A DNA stretch of 36,365 bases from Gemmatimonadota bacterium (GCA_039591655.1 JBDHDE010000026.1:1-36365), one strand, 5' to 3'. Shown: positions 18,992 through 29,193, counted from the stretch's first letter. The notes: generated by a model from the letters alone, not told the origin. A program made the numbers and translations.

Positions 18992-20275
18992 ATGTTCGGT
19001 CCTGATCGGCGGTGCGTGGTGGCGGTGGGGGTACAGTGGGGGGATGAGGGGAAGGGCAAGGTGGTCGACGTGCTCTCCCGCCACGCGGATCTGGTCGTGC
19101 GGTATCAGGGCGGCGCCAACGCCGGCCACACCGTCGTGAAGGGCGGCGACCAGTTCATCCTGCACCAGATTCCCACCGGCATCCTCAACGAAGACACCCG
19201 CTGTGTAATCGGCAACGGTGTCGTGCTGGATCCCGTGACCCTGCTGGACGAGATCGGCGAGCTCGAAGGGCAGGGCATCGAGGTGGCGGGTCGGCTGGTG
19301 ATCTCCGATCGGGCGCACCTGGTCCTCCCCTATCACAAGGCGATGGAGCGGGCCGCGGAGGAACGGCAGCGCCTCGGCACCACCGGCCGGGGGATCGGTC
19401 CGGCGTACGAGGACAAGTTCGGTCGGCGGGGGCTGCGGGTCGCCGATCTCCGAGACCTGGGCCACGCGGCCACGCTGGTCCGGGAGCGGGTCGCGTGGGT
19501 GAACGATGTGCTCCAGCTGCTGGGTGCCGCCCACCGGGTGGAGCCGGACGAGCAGATGGAGCTGCTCGAGGGCATCGCGGCCTCCATCCTGCCGCTGGCC
19601 GGAGACACGAGCCGCCTCGTGCAGGACGAGCTCGAGGCTGGGAGCCACGTCCTGCTGGAGGGCGCGCAGGGCGCATTGCTGGACGTGGACCACGGCACGT
19701 ATCCCTTCGTGACGTCGTCCAACACCACGGCGGGAGGGGCCGCGACGGGTGCCGGAATCGGTCCCACCGCCATCGATGCCGTGCTGGGGGTGCTCAAGGC
19801 GTACACCACCCGGGTGGGCAACGGGCCCCTGCCCACGGAGGCCGACGCCGAGCAGTCGGAGCAGCTACGCAGCCTGGGGGCGGAGTTCGGCGCAACCACG
19901 GGACGCCCCAGGCGGTGCGGCTGGTTCGACGCGGTGGTGGCGCGCCACGCCGCGCGGGTGAACGGATTGACCCACCTGGCGCTGACCAAGCTGGACGTCC
20001 TGGACACGATACCGGACATCCCGCTGTGCGTCGGCTATCGCGTGAACGGCGAGGAGCTGGATACGATCCCCGCCGACCTCGGCCGCCTGGGTCGGGTGGA
20101 CCCGGTGTACGAGAGCATGCCGGGGTGGTGCCGGCCCATCGGCGATGCCCGGTCCCTGGCCAGCCTGCCGCCGGAGGCCCGGGCCTACGTCGAGCGGATC
20201 GAGGCGCTGCTGCAGACGCCGGTGGCGTACCTGAGCGTGGGAACACGTCAGGATCAGATGATCGAGCTCACCTGA
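18992..20275 (+). CDS. purA: Adenylosuccinate synthetase
   Basis: QWGDEGKGK, GGANAGHT, GTTGRGIGPAY, EGAQG, TTGRPRRCGWFD; ATG 18992 follows AGGAG/GGAG. Confidence 0.98.
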   Translation: MFGPDRRCVVAVGVQWGDEGKGKVVDVLSRHADLVVRYQGGANAGHTVVKGGDQFILHQIPTGILNEDTRCVIGNGVVLDPVTLLDEIGELEGQGIEVAGRLVISDRAHLVLPYHKAMERAAEERQRLGTTGRGIGPAYEDKFGRRGLRVADLRDLGHAATLVRERVAWVNDVLQLLGAAHRVEPDEQMELLEGIAASILPLAGDTSRLVQDELEAGSHVLLEGAQGALLDVDHGTYPFVTSSNTTAGGAATGAGIGPTAIDAVLGVLKAYTTRVGNGPLPTEADAEQSEQLRSLGAEFGATTGRPRRCGWFDAVVARHAARVNGLTHLALTKLDVLDTIPDIPLCVGYRVNGEELDTIPADLGRLGRVDPVYESMPGWCRPIGDARSLASLPPEARAYVERIEALLQTPVAYLSVGTRQDQMIELT

Positions 20276-20303
20276 GCCGGAAACAGACCTCTCGATCCAC
20301 GGC

Positions 20304-20338
20304 AATGAAGAAGCCCCTAGGGCCGAAGCCCTAGGGGC
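20304..20338 (-). terminator. Intrinsic terminator on minus strand, possibly bidirectional
   Basis: Perfect 11-bp stem GCCCCTAGGGC-TTCG-GCCCTAGGGGC followed by TTCTTCATT on the minus strand. Confidence 0.8.
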
Positions 20339-20343
20339 GCGCC

Positions 20344-20461
20344 TGCCGCACACTGTGCGCCCTAGAACCAAGTGCGGGTCAGGCATCCATAGTGAACGGT
20401 CTTCCGTGTCAGGGGCCGCGCCGTCCGAGGGGGGCACCGGCGCGGCGCACACAATGTGGCA
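20344..20461 (-). ncRNA. Candidate structured non-coding RNA, family not recognised
   Basis: Ends pair over 16 bp with a G-U wobble that works only on the minus strand; internal helices; terminator 5 nt downstream. Confidence 0.4.
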
Positions 20462-20512
20462 CCCGGGCGTCAGCCCGGCGTTGTGCCGGCTAAGTGGCCC
20501 TACTATAAAGGG

Positions 20513-22888
20513 TTAGAGACTACTGAGGAGGCGTGACCGCAGCGATCTGGTAGGGGCCCGGCGACGGCGTGGCCCGTAGCGCCTGCTGTAGTAGGTGTAA
20601 TAGCGGTCCCCCCGGGCGCTCACGCCGTTGAGCACGGCGCCCGCTACCCGGGCCCGGACACGCCTGAGCTCCTCCACGGCGCGCTGGGCGGCGGTCTCCT
20701 CGGTCTCGCCGGCCCGCATGACGAGAATCGTGGCGTCCGCCAGGGCCGAGAGGACCACCGCGTCGGTCACCGGGAGCGACGGCGGCGTGTCCATCACGAT
20801 GAACTCGTAGTCCCTGCGCAGCTCCGCGATGAGGCGGCGCATGGCGTCCGAGCTCAGGAGCTCAGCCGGGTTGGGTGGGGCTGCGCCGGCCGGAAGCACG
20901 TCGAAGTGGGGCTGGATCTCGGGCCGGATCGCTTCCCGCGCCCTGGCCTGGCCGATGAGGACGTCTGTGAGGCCGGGCTCTTGGAGCACGCCGAAGGTGC
21001 GATGCAGCAAGGACCGTCGCAGGTCCCCGTCCACCAGGAGGGTGCTGCCTCCGCCCTGCGCCAGCACGAGGGCGAGGTTCGCCGCCGTCGTGGACTTCCC
21101 CTCGCCGGGTCCCGGGCTCGTCACCGTGATGAGCTGCACGGGCCGCTCGGCCCCCACGAACGTGACGTTGGTCCGCAAGGCGCGGAAGGCCTCGACGGCG
21201 GGGTCGTCAGCGCTGAGGTGGGTCAGCACCACGATCTCCTGGCGGCGCCCGTTGGAGCCGGCTGCCAGCTTGGATTCCAGGGGGATGCGTCCCAGCACCG
21301 GTGTGCCGATGGATCGCTCGATGTCCGCGGCGCTCTTGATGGTCTGATCCAGGTACTCCAGGAAGAACGCCCCGCCGATACCCAGCAGCAGCCCCACCAA
21401 CAGGCCCAGGAGCACCTTCTGCCGCAGGTTGGTGCCGATGCGGAACGCACCGGATGCGCCGTCCAGGATGCTCACGTACGGCGCGATGGTCATCTCCTGC
21501 ATCCGCGCCTGCTGAAACTGCGCCAGGAGGTAGCGGTAGGTGTCCTCCACAATGCTGCCCTCGAGCTGGAGCTGGGCGATGCGGGTCTCCTTGCCGGGGA
21601 ACGCCATCAGCTGTTGCCGCAGGCGCGCGACCTCGCTGGTGATCGCCTCCTCACGACGGTGGAGGCTCTGCAGCTCGGCGTCGACCGCCGACCGGAGGGC
21701 CACGTGCCCGGCGCCGATCTGCTGGTCCACGGCCTGCACCTGGGGGTTGTCCTCCCGCAGGCCCAGGGCGCCGGCAGTGAGGCGGCGCCGCTCCTCGTAC
21801 AACTCCAGCAGCCGCCGGATCTGGAACGCGAGGACCGGATTGGACTCGGTGCCCTGGATGGCAGCCAGGCGGTTTAACCCCTCGATCCCCAGGGTGTCCA
21901 TCCCGGCCAACGTCTCGCTGAGGATCGTGATGCGTACCAGGAGGCGCTGGCGCTCCTGGCCGAACGTGCTAATGGATCTGACGATGGATGCTTCCTCCGC
22001 CGTCAGGTCGGTGATGCGCTGGTCCTCCTTGAACTGCTGCAGCTCGGCGAGCTTCTCGCGGGCTGCTTCCTCGGCGCGGACCAGCTGCTCGGCGATGTAC
22101 TCGCGCTTGCGGGCTGCCGCGGCCCGGGCCCGGGCGGCGCCGTCCTCCCGCAGCTCCAGGGCGGCCTGGTTGAGCACCAGCGGTACCAGGGACGGGTCCG
22201 ATCCGGTGAAGCTGATGTCCACCGCGTTGGTCCCCTCCCGCACCCGGTACCCCAGGCCGGCCCGGACCCATCCCGCTGCGTGCTCCGACCGGACGATGGA
22301 GAAGCGCACCGTGCGGGCGCTGCCCTCCGGCGGGAGGGGGCGGAACGAGAAGCCGGGACCGGAGGCCAGCTCGTAGTAGCGGCCGGCGGCGATGATCTCG
22401 CCGTCGAGGGTCTTGAGCTCGAAGCCGCGGCTGGGGCTGTGCTGCTCCAGCTCGTAGGTGCGGTACGGCGGATACGAGTCGACCTCGATGGCGCTGAACA
22501 CGCGCTGCCGCTGGATGGTGGGGTCCCCCTCCACCTCCAACTGCAGCGCCAGGGCCTCCACGACCCGCAGGGCCAGCGGCTGCGTGGTCAGGACGAGGGC
22601 TTCGGACAGGATCGGGTCGGTCCGCAGCGCGAGCTCGTCCACGTCGATGTCGTCGGCCCGGGCGAAGACCTGCTTGGGTGAGCTCATCTGGACGGTGAGA
22701 TTGGACTGGTACCGTGGGATCGCGCCGCGGCTGGAGAGATACGCCCCGCCCGCCACCACCACGGTGAGGAACACGACGACCTTCCAATGCCGCATCACGA
22801 CCGCCCAGAGATCCCGCAGGTGGATCTCCCGGGGCGGCGCCTGGTCCCGGAGCCCGGGAAGCCGACCACCACCAGCGACGTCGATCAT
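20513..22888 (-). CDS. Wzc-type polysaccharide co-polymerase / BY-kinase (tyrosine autokinase)
   Basis: Two TM segments flanking a coiled-coil domain, Walker A GPGEGKST, A' LLVDGDLRR, B IVMDTPP, Tyr cluster RYYTYYSRRY; start set at ATG 22888 after AAGGGG. Confidence 0.92.
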   Translation of the reverse strand: MIDVAGGGRLPGLRDQAPPREIHLRDLWAVVMRHWKVVVFLTVVVAGGAYLSSRGAIPRYQSNLTVQMSSPKQVFARADDIDVDELALRTDPILSEALVLTTQPLALRVVEALALQLEVEGDPTIQRQRVFSAIEVDSYPPYRTYELEQHSPSRGFELKTLDGEIIAAGRYYELASGPGFSFRPLPPEGSARTVRFSIVRSEHAAGWVRAGLGYRVREGTNAVDISFTGSDPSLVPLVLNQAALELREDGAARARAAAARKREYIAEQLVRAEEAAREKLAELQQFKEDQRITDLTAEEASIVRSISTFGQERQRLLVRITILSETLAGMDTLGIEGLNRLAAIQGTESNPVLAFQIRRLLELYEERRRLTAGALGLREDNPQVQAVDQQIGAGHVALRSAVDAELQSLHRREEAITSEVARLRQQLMAFPGKETRIAQLQLEGSIVEDTYRYLLAQFQQARMQEMTIAPYVSILDGASGAFRIGTNLRQKVLLGLLVGLLLGIGGAFFLEYLDQTIKSAADIERSIGTPVLGRIPLESKLAAGSNGRRQEIVVLTHLSADDPAVEAFRALRTNVTFVGAERPVQLITVTSPGPGEGKSTTAANLALVLAQGGGSTLLVDGDLRRSLLHRTFGVLQEPGLTDVLIGQARAREAIRPEIQPHFDVLPAGAAPPNPAELLSSDAMRRLIAELRRDYEFIVMDTPPSLPVTDAVVLSALADATILVMRAGETEETAAQRAVEELRRVRARVAGAVLNGVSARGDRYYTYYSRRYGPRRRRAPTRSLRSRLLSSL

Positions 22889-22928
22889 CTGCCCCTTGTC
22901 CGCGGGCAAGCTAAGCAACCCCAATGGT

Positions 22929-22956
22929 TTGCACAAGTACCGGATTGCCATAACCT
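22929..22956 (+). promoter_or_regulatory. Putative sigma70 promoter for the glycerate kinase gene
   Basis: TTGCAC, 16 bp, TAACCT in the AT-richer divergent intergenic region. Confidence 0.4.
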
Positions 22957-23009
22957 TACAGGGTGGCTGCGTTCTGTCTGCGACATTGCGCACATTCTGA
23001 GGTGACGAG

Positions 23010-24086
23010 GTGAGCGGCTCGCGTGTGGTGATCGTGGCCCAGGCCTTCAAGGAGACCCTGACCCCGGTCCAGGTGGCCGCCGCGGTAGAGCGGGCCGTGC
23101 GGGACGCCGGGCTTGAGCCCGTGGTGGTCTACGGCAGCGACGGCGGCGACGGTCTACTGGAGGCCCTGGGGGCCCGGCTGGTGCGACGCACGGTGCACCG
23201 GGTGGAGGACCCGCTGCTCCGGCCCGTGGCGCTGGAGGTGGGGTGGCTCGACGAGCGCACCGCGGTGGTGGAATCACGGCTGGCGTGCGGCCTCAGCCTG
23301 CTCGCAGCGGGGGAACGCGACCCGCTGCGCACCTCCTCCCGGGGCGTGGGGACCCTGATCAAGGCCGTCGCCGACCTGGGGGCCGCCGCGGTCTACGTCG
23401 GCTTGGGGGGCAGCGCCACCGTGGATGGAGGCCTGGGGCTGGCGCGGGCCTGGGGCTGGACCCCGGTGGACGAGTCGGGCGCCCCGCTCCCCGAGGGTGG
23501 GGGCGCCCTGCCGTCCCTGGCGCGGCTCGAGCCCGGGAAGCGCCCCGGGCCCCGGCTCACGGCTCTCGCCGACGTGCGGAACCCGCTCACCGGTCCCCGG
23601 GGCGCCCGGGTTTACGCCGCCCAGAAGGGGGCTCCGCCGGCAGGCGTGGAGCTGCTCGCCGCAGGGCTCGAGCGGCTCGCCGCAGTGGCAGCGGCGGCGG
23701 GCCGAGGCGAGCTGGCGGATCTCCCCGGCGCCGGCGCGGCGGGGGGCCTGGGCTTCGGGCTCGCCTTCTTCGGTGAGGCCGAGATCGTGTCGGGGGCAGG
23801 CTGGGTGCTGGAGCAGGCCGGGCTTGGCGGGCTCCTGGAGGAGGCGGCTTTGGTGGTCGTGGGAGAGGGCGCCTTCGATCGCACCTCCCTCGAGGGCAAA
23901 CTCACCGGCGAGGTGATCGCCCGCGCGGCGGCGGCGCGGGTGCCGGTCCTGCTGCTGGCCCCAAGGGTGAGCGAGGTACCCGCCGGGGTCGTGGTGGAGT
24001 CGGGTGGGGGAGTGTGGTCCTCCGACGATCTCGCGCGGCGGGCCTCGCGGGGACTGGCACGCGTGGTTCGCTTGCTGGGGCAGTAA
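23010..24086 (+). CDS. Glycerate kinase (GlxK/GarK family)
   Basis: [45 protein letters not shown] motifs. Confidence 0.88.
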   Translation: MSGSRVVIVAQAFKETLTPVQVAAAVERAVRDAGLEPVVVYGSDGGDGLLEALGARLVRRTVHRVEDPLLRPVALEVGWLDERTAVVESRLACGLSLLAAGERDPLRTSSRGVGTLIKAVADLGAAAVYVGLGGSATVDGGLGLARAWGWTPVDESGAPLPEGGGALPSLARLEPGKRPGPRLTALADVRNPLTGPRGARVYAAQKGAPPAGVELLAAGLERLAAVAAAAGRGELADLPGAGAAGGLGFGLAFFGEAEIVSGAGWVLEQAGLGGLLEEAALVVVGEGAFDRTSLEGKLTGEVIARAAAARVPVLLLAPRVSEVPAGVVVESGGGVWSSDDLARRASRGLARVVRLLGQ

Positions 24087-24100
24087 CCCAACTCTATACT
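24072..24100 (+). promoter_or_regulatory. Putative sigma70 promoter for glyQS
   Basis: TTGCTG (24072-77), 17 bp, TATACT (24095-100). Confidence 0.6.
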
Positions 24101-24145
24101 TCGCCGTTCCTCACCCCTGTCGTTGACCCCGGCATCTTCGGTGCG

Positions 24146-25477
24146 ATGGCCGATACTGCGTTGATGGACAAGCTCGTATCCCTGGCGAAGCGCCGGGGCT
24201 TCATCTTCCAGTCCTCTGAGATCTACGGCGGCCTCGGCTCGGTGTGGGATTACGGGCCGCTGGGTGTCGAGCTCAAGAACAACCTCAAGGAGCGCTGGTG
24301 GCGCTCCATGGTGCACGAGCGGGAAGACATCGAGGGGGTGGACGCCGCGATCCTGATGCACTCCCGCGTGTGGGAGGCGTCGGGCCACGTGGAGGGCTTC
24401 ACCGACCCGCTGGTGGACTGCCGCACCTGCAAGGCGCGCTTCCGCGCCGACCAGCTCGACCAGTTTCAGTGCCCCCAGAAGCCGAGCAAGAAGCCGGGCG
24501 ACGCGGAGCAGTGCGATCTCACCGAGCCCCGGATGTTCAACCTCATGTTCAAGACGTTCATGGGGCCGGTGGAAGACGCCGCCGCCGTGGTGTACCTGCG
24601 GCCGGAGACAGCGCAGGGCATCTACGTCAACTACCTCAACGTGATGCAGGCGGCGCGCCAGAAGATCCCGTTTGGTATCGCGCAGGTCGGCAAGGCGTTC
24701 CGTAATGAGATCACGCCGGGGAACTTCATCTTCCGCACCCGAGAGTTCGAGCAGATGGAGATGCAGTTCTTCGTGAAGCCGGGCGAGGACGAGCGCTGGT
24801 TCGAGGAGTGGAAGGAGGCGCGCATCGTCTGGCATCGAGAGCTGGGAATCGAGCCCGGCAAGCTGCGGTTCCACGAGCACGCCTCCGACGAGCTGGCGCA
24901 CTACGCCAAGAAGGCATTCGATATCGAGTACGAGTTCCCGTTCGGTTGGCAGGAGTTCGAGGGCATTCACAACCGCACTGACTTCGACCTCAAACGGCAC
25001 CAGGAGTACTCGGGGAAGAAGCTCGAGTGCATGGACGCCGCGACCCGGGAGCGTTTCGTCCCGTACATCATCGAGACGTCGCTGGGAGCCGATCGCCTCG
25101 CACTGGTGGTACTGGTGGACGCGTACCGCGAGGAGACGGTGGAGGGCGAGCAACGGGTGGTGCTGGCGCTGGCGCCGTCGTTGGCTCCGATCAAGGCCGG
25201 GGTATTCCCGTTGGTGAAGAAGGACGGCATGCCGGATGTGGCCCGCCGCATACGGGACGATCTCACACGGCGCTTCCCCGTGTTCTATGACGACGGCGGC
25301 TCCATCGGGCGCCGCTATCGCCGCCAGGACGAGGCCGGTACGCCCTTCGGCGTCACCGTTGACGGGCAGACCCTAGAGGACCAGACCGTGACCGTTCGGG
25401 ATCGGGACACCTTGGTGCAGGAGCGCGTGCACACCGATCAACTCGCCCGGTACCTGGAGGAGCGGCTCGCCTCGTGA
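24146..25477 (+). CDS. glyQS: Glycine--tRNA ligase, homodimeric alpha2 type
   Basis: KRRGF...[48 protein letters not shown]; start set at ATG 24146. Confidence 0.97.
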   Translation: MADTALMDKLVSLAKRRGFIFQSSEIYGGLGSVWDYGPLGVELKNNLKERWWRSMVHEREDIEGVDAAILMHSRVWEASGHVEGFTDPLVDCRTCKARFRADQLDQFQCPQKPSKKPGDAEQCDLTEPRMFNLMFKTFMGPVEDAAAVVYLRPETAQGIYVNYLNVMQAARQKIPFGIAQVGKAFRNEITPGNFIFRTREFEQMEMQFFVKPGEDERWFEEWKEARIVWHRELGIEPGKLRFHEHASDELAHYAKKAFDIEYEFPFGWQEFEGIHNRTDFDLKRHQEYSGKKLECMDAATRERFVPYIIETSLGADRLALVVLVDAYREETVEGEQRVVLALAPSLAPIKAGVFPLVKKDGMPDVARRIRDDLTRRFPVFYDDGGSIGRRYRRQDEAGTPFGVTVDGQTLEDQTVTVRDRDTLVQERVHTDQLARYLEERLAS

Positions 25478-26931
25478 AGCTGGACGCGCTGCTGGTCCAG
25501 GGCGAGGCGCTGCACCAGGAGCTGGGCCGGGAGCACTATCTCACCCTCGCCGGTCTCAAAGCCGACCCGGAGTTCCAGACGATCTACGACCGCTACGCTG
25601 CGCTTGCCAGCGACGCGGCGCTGGCGGTTGCTCAGGAGAGCGGCTCCCCGCCGCTGCTCGAGTGGGTGGTGCAAGTGCGGGTGGGCCGTATGGTGGCCTC
25701 CGCGGACGAGCGCCAGCTGCTGTGGGAACAGGGAGCGAGCGTGTCGGTAGACGATCGCGCGATCCCCTACCTACGGGTGCCCATAGAGCTGGCCAACTCG
25801 GCGGATCGGGAGTACCGCAGGGCGCTGGATGTGGCGCGGGCCGAGACCGGTGCCCAGGGGCTCAACGCGCTGCTACGGGAGCGGTTCCAAATCGAGCACG
25901 ACGCCCTCGAAGCCCTCGACCTGGGCCGCTACGTCGAGGCATGGAGCGCCCTTGCCGGCATCGATCTCGCAGCCCTGGGCGGGTGCGCCCGGGAGTTTCT
26001 CGAGCGGACTGCCGACATGTACCGGGACGGTCTCGCCCTGTTGGCGCGGCAGCGGCTGGGGCTGCCGATCTCGGCACTGGAGCGCGCCGACTCGGCGTGG
26101 CTGTTTCGCGCCGACCGCTACGATGCTGCCTTCCCGGCCGGTCCCCTCCTGGAGACCGCGACGGCCCAGATGGGAGAGATGGGGCTCGACGCCACTCAGG
26201 GGGGGCGCATTCGCTTCGACACGGAAGAGCGGGAAGGCAAGCAGCCCCGCGCCTTCTGCGCGCCGGTGCGGGTGCCGCAGGAGGTCTACCTGGTGATCCG
26301 GCCGCGCGGCGGGCACAACGACTACAGGACGTTCTGGCACGAGCTCGGCCACGCCATGCACTTCGCGTCGGTGGACCCTGAGCTGCCATTCAGCGCCCGC
26401 TGGCTGGGCGACAACTCGGTGACCGAGGCCTACGCCATGCTGTGGGATCACCTCACCATCGATCCCCGATGGCTGGAGCGCTACGGCAGCCTGAGCCGGC
26501 CCGACGCCCGTGATCTCGCCTTCGAGCTCGCGGTGAGCGAGCTGTTCCTGGTGCGGCGCTACGCCGCGAAGCTCGTGTACGAGTTGGAGCTCCACTGCGG
26601 CGACTTCTCCGGGATGGGGACGCGCTACGCCGAGCGCCTCACCGAAGCCACCGGGTTCCGCTACCTGGAGGACGATTGCCTCCTCGACGTTGACCCCGGC
26701 TTCTACGCTGCCCGCTACCTGCGGGCGTGGCAGCTGGAGGCGGGGCTGGCCCGCACGTTCACAGAGCGGTACGACGAAGACTGGTACCGCAACCCCAGGG
26801 CGGGCGAGGCGGTCCGGGACCTCATGCGCCGGGGGCAGCGCGACCCGGCCGACCGGCTGGGCGGCGAGGTCACGGGGGGGGATCTCACGTTCGATCATGT
26901 GGTCGCGCGGCTCGAAGCGCGCCTCAACTAG
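25474..26931 (+). CDS. Zinc metallopeptidase, M3/M32-like
   Basis: [16 protein letters not shown] (HExxH), downstream TEAYA third ligand, YAARYLRA. Confidence 0.75.
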   Translation: MKLDALLVQGEALHQELGREHYLTLAGLKADPEFQTIYDRYAALASDAALAVAQESGSPPLLEWVVQVRVGRMVASADERQLLWEQGASVSVDDRAIPYLRVPIELANSADREYRRALDVARAETGAQGLNALLRERFQIEHDALEALDLGRYVEAWSALAGIDLAALGGCAREFLERTADMYRDGLALLARQRLGLPISALERADSAWLFRADRYDAAFPAGPLLETATAQMGEMGLDATQGGRIRFDTEEREGKQPRAFCAPVRVPQEVYLVIRPRGGHNDYRTFWHELGHAMHFASVDPELPFSARWLGDNSVTEAYAMLWDHLTIDPRWLERYGSLSRPDARDLAFELAVSELFLVRRYAAKLVYELELHCGDFSGMGTRYAERLTEATGFRYLEDDCLLDVDPGFYAARYLRAWQLEAGLARTFTERYDEDWYRNPRAGEAVRDLMRRGQRDPADRLGGEVTGGDLTFDHVVARLEARLN

Positions 26932-26940
26932 GGAGCCGCC

Positions 26941-28500
26941 GTGAGCCAGAAGCGGGAAGCGTTCTCGTCGCGCTGGGTGATGATGCTGGCCATGCTCGGC
27001 ATGGCCGTGGGCACCGGCAACATCTGGCGGTTTCCGAGGATCGCCGCCCAGAACGGCGGCGGTGAGTTCATCGTCGCGTGGTTGGCCTTCCTCTTCCTCT
27101 GGTCCATTCCGCTCATCCTCGTGGAGTTCGGCACCGGCCGGAAGACGCGTACCGGTCCGGTTGGTGCGTTCATCCAGATGATGGGTCCTCGGTGGGCGTG
27201 GATGGGTGCGTTCATCGCCTTCGTGGCCACGGCGATCATGTTCTACTACTCGGTGGTCGCCGGATGGACCATCCGCTATGTGGTGGCCTCACTCCTGGGT
27301 GAGATCCCCCGGCAGGAGCCCGGCGCCTTCTGGCAAAGCTTCACAGGCTCGTGGTGGCCTGTGCTCACCCATGGTCTCGCCATGGTTACCGGCACCCTGG
27401 TCGTCGCCCGGGGCGTGCGGGCCATCGAGCGGGTGGCCCAGGTCCTGATGCCGACGCTCATCCTGCTGGTCGTCGCCCTGGCCATCCGTGCCGTCACTCT
27501 CGAGGGATCTTCCGACGGCCTGGCCTATTTGTTCGGCGTCGATTGGGCGGCGCTGGGGAACGCCCGGATCTGGATCGAGGCACTGACGCAGAACGCGTGG
27601 GATACCGGCGCGGGCTGGGGGCTGATCCTGGCGTACGCCGCGTACCTCCGCACCCAGGAGGATACCGCCCTCAACGCGTTCCTGCTCCCCACGGCGAACA
27701 ACACGGTCTCGTTGTTGGCGGGCATCATGGTGTTGTGCACCGTGTTCGCGGTAGTGCCCCAACTGGTCGCCAACCTGGCGACGGATCCCGAGGCGCTGGG
27801 CGCCTACCCGGCCCTCGCCGCCGCCATGCGCGACGGCGCCGCGCTCACTCCCGACCTCATCCAGGAGACGATCTTCAGCACCGGGAACGAAGGGCTCACG
27901 TTCATCTGGATGCCGCAGCTCTTCGCCCGGATCCCGATGGGCCAGTTCTTCATGTTCCTCTTCTTCCTCGCCCTCACGTTTGCGGCGTTCACCAGCCTGA
28001 TCGCGATGATCGAGCTGGCGACGCGCGTGCTGCGGGATGCCGGAATGGAGCGGGCCAAGGCGATCCGCGTGGTGGGGGTGGTGGGGTTCCTCCTCGGGCT
28101 TCCCTCCGCCCTGTCCCTGCGGTTCCTGCACAACCAGGACTTCGTGTGGGGTGTCGCATTGATGCTCTCGGGGCTCTTCTTCGCGATCGCGATCGTGGTG
28201 TACGGCGCCCGACGGTTCCGGGAGGAGCAGCTGAACCATGAGCACTCCGACGTCAAAGTAGGCCGCGGCTGGGACCTCGTGATTTCGGTACTCGTACCCC
28301 TCGAGGCCCTCGTGCTGCTGGGCTGGTGGGTATACCAGGTACGTGGCAGAGACCTGGCTGGGTGGCTCGACCCGCTGCGCGAGGCCAACGTAGGGACCCT
28401 CTTATTCCAGTGGGCCGTGGTGCTGGTGCTGCTGCTGCTCGCCAATCGCTGGCTGGCGCGGCATACCCACGGCATCGAGGCTCCGCAGGAAGAGCCGTGA
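26941..28500 (+). CDS. Sodium-dependent transporter, NSS/SNF (LeuT-like) family
   Basis: GMAVGTGNIWRFP, NGGG.F, YYSVVAGW, AAFTSLI; about 12 TM segments. Confidence 0.93.
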   Translation: MSQKREAFSSRWVMMLAMLGMAVGTGNIWRFPRIAAQNGGGEFIVAWLAFLFLWSIPLILVEFGTGRKTRTGPVGAFIQMMGPRWAWMGAFIAFVATAIMFYYSVVAGWTIRYVVASLLGEIPRQEPGAFWQSFTGSWWPVLTHGLAMVTGTLVVARGVRAIERVAQVLMPTLILLVVALAIRAVTLEGSSDGLAYLFGVDWAALGNARIWIEALTQNAWDTGAGWGLILAYAAYLRTQEDTALNAFLLPTANNTVSLLAGIMVLCTVFAVVPQLVANLATDPEALGAYPALAAAMRDGAALTPDLIQETIFSTGNEGLTFIWMPQLFARIPMGQFFMFLFFLALTFAAFTSLIAMIELATRVLRDAGMERAKAIRVVGVVGFLLGLPSALSLRFLHNQDFVWGVALMLSGLFFAIAIVVYGARRFREEQLNHEHSDVKVGRGWDLVISVLVPLEALVLLGWWVYQVRGRDLAGWLDPLREANVGTLLFQWAVVLVLLLLANRWLARHTHGIEAPQEEP

Positions 28501-28509
28501 GGATGTATC

Positions 28510-29193
28510 ATGCGCCTTGCGCAGTTCCGGGCCATGGTCGACCGGATGGCAGGTGAGGTCCCGGAGCGCTACCTGGACGGTGTCGCCGCCATCGAGGTGA
28601 GTCCCAAAGTCCTCCCCGATCCGGTGCACGCCGACGTGTACACCCTGGGGGAGTGCATCCCCATCGACACGGGCACCGACCAGGTTCTCTCCCGGGTGGT
28701 GCTGTACCACGGATCGTTCAGTGAGCTCTCGCTCGAGCGGCCGGACTTCGACTGGCGGGAGGAAACCTGGGAGACGCTGCTGCACGAGCTCCGTCATCAT
28801 CTGGAGTGGCGCGCGCAGGCGGACCAGCTGGAGGCGTACGACTGGGCCGCCGGGCAGAACTTCCTGCGGCACGAGGGACGACGCTTCGATCCGCTGTTCT
28901 ATCAGTCGGGGGAGCAAGTGGCCGAGGGGATCTTCCGGGTGGACGACGACGTGTTCATCGAGCGTGTCGTCACCCAGTTGCAGTCACGGGCCGAGGTCCC
29001 GTGGCACGGCTCCTGCTACCGTGTGCCGGTGCCGGATGTGCAGCTGCCCCTGTACCTGGCGCTCGACGGGTTGGCCCACCCGCCGTCCGGGGACGTGGTG
29101 GTCGTGTTCCGCCGCAAACCCAATGTGTGGGATCTGTTCCGCAGAGCTACGCCCGTCACCGAGGAGCGAGCGCATGTCGATCCCATCGAGTGA
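28510..29193 (+). CDS. Zincin-like (minimal) metallopeptidase with C-terminal extension
   Basis: TLGE, VVLYHGSF, TLLHELRHH (HExxH) resembling the Zincin_1 family. Confidence 0.72.
   Translation: MRLAQFRAMVDRMAGEVPERYLDGVAAIEVSPKVLPDPVHADVYTLGECIPIDTGTDQVLSRVVLYHGSFSELSLERPDFDWREETWETLLHELRHHLEWRAQADQLEAYDWAAGQNFLRHEGRRFDPLFYQSGEQVAEGIFRVDDDVFIERVVTQLQSRAEVPWHGSCYRVPVPDVQLPLYLALDGLAHPPSGDVVVVFRRKPNVWDLFRRATPVTEERAHVDPIE

Noticed and set aside
20360..20445. Resemblance of the intergenic RNA to SRP RNA (GTCAGG), cobalamin riboswitch (GGTGCCCC, GGAAGACC) or an HDV-like ribozyme
   Set aside because: Required elements are missing: no GNRA/AGCAG of SRP helix 8, no GGGAA or full B12 box, no valid P3/L3 pseudoknot
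20363..20455. Short minus-strand frame ending ...RKTVHYGCLTRTWF*, considered as a leader or RiPP precursor peptide
   Set aside because: No convincing start/SD, no RiPP leader motif and no maturation genes nearby
22905..22945. GCAAACCATT on the minus strand upstream of wzc, like the start of a c-di-GMP-I riboswitch
   Set aside because: No GAAA tetraloop stem, no ACGCAAAG and no second helix; too little space
22889..23050. Annotated longer start of the wzc ORF (to 23050) overlapping the glycerate kinase gene
   Set aside because: The extension crosses an AT-richer promoter-like spacer; ATG 22888 has a purine-rich SD and gives a normal Wzc N-terminus
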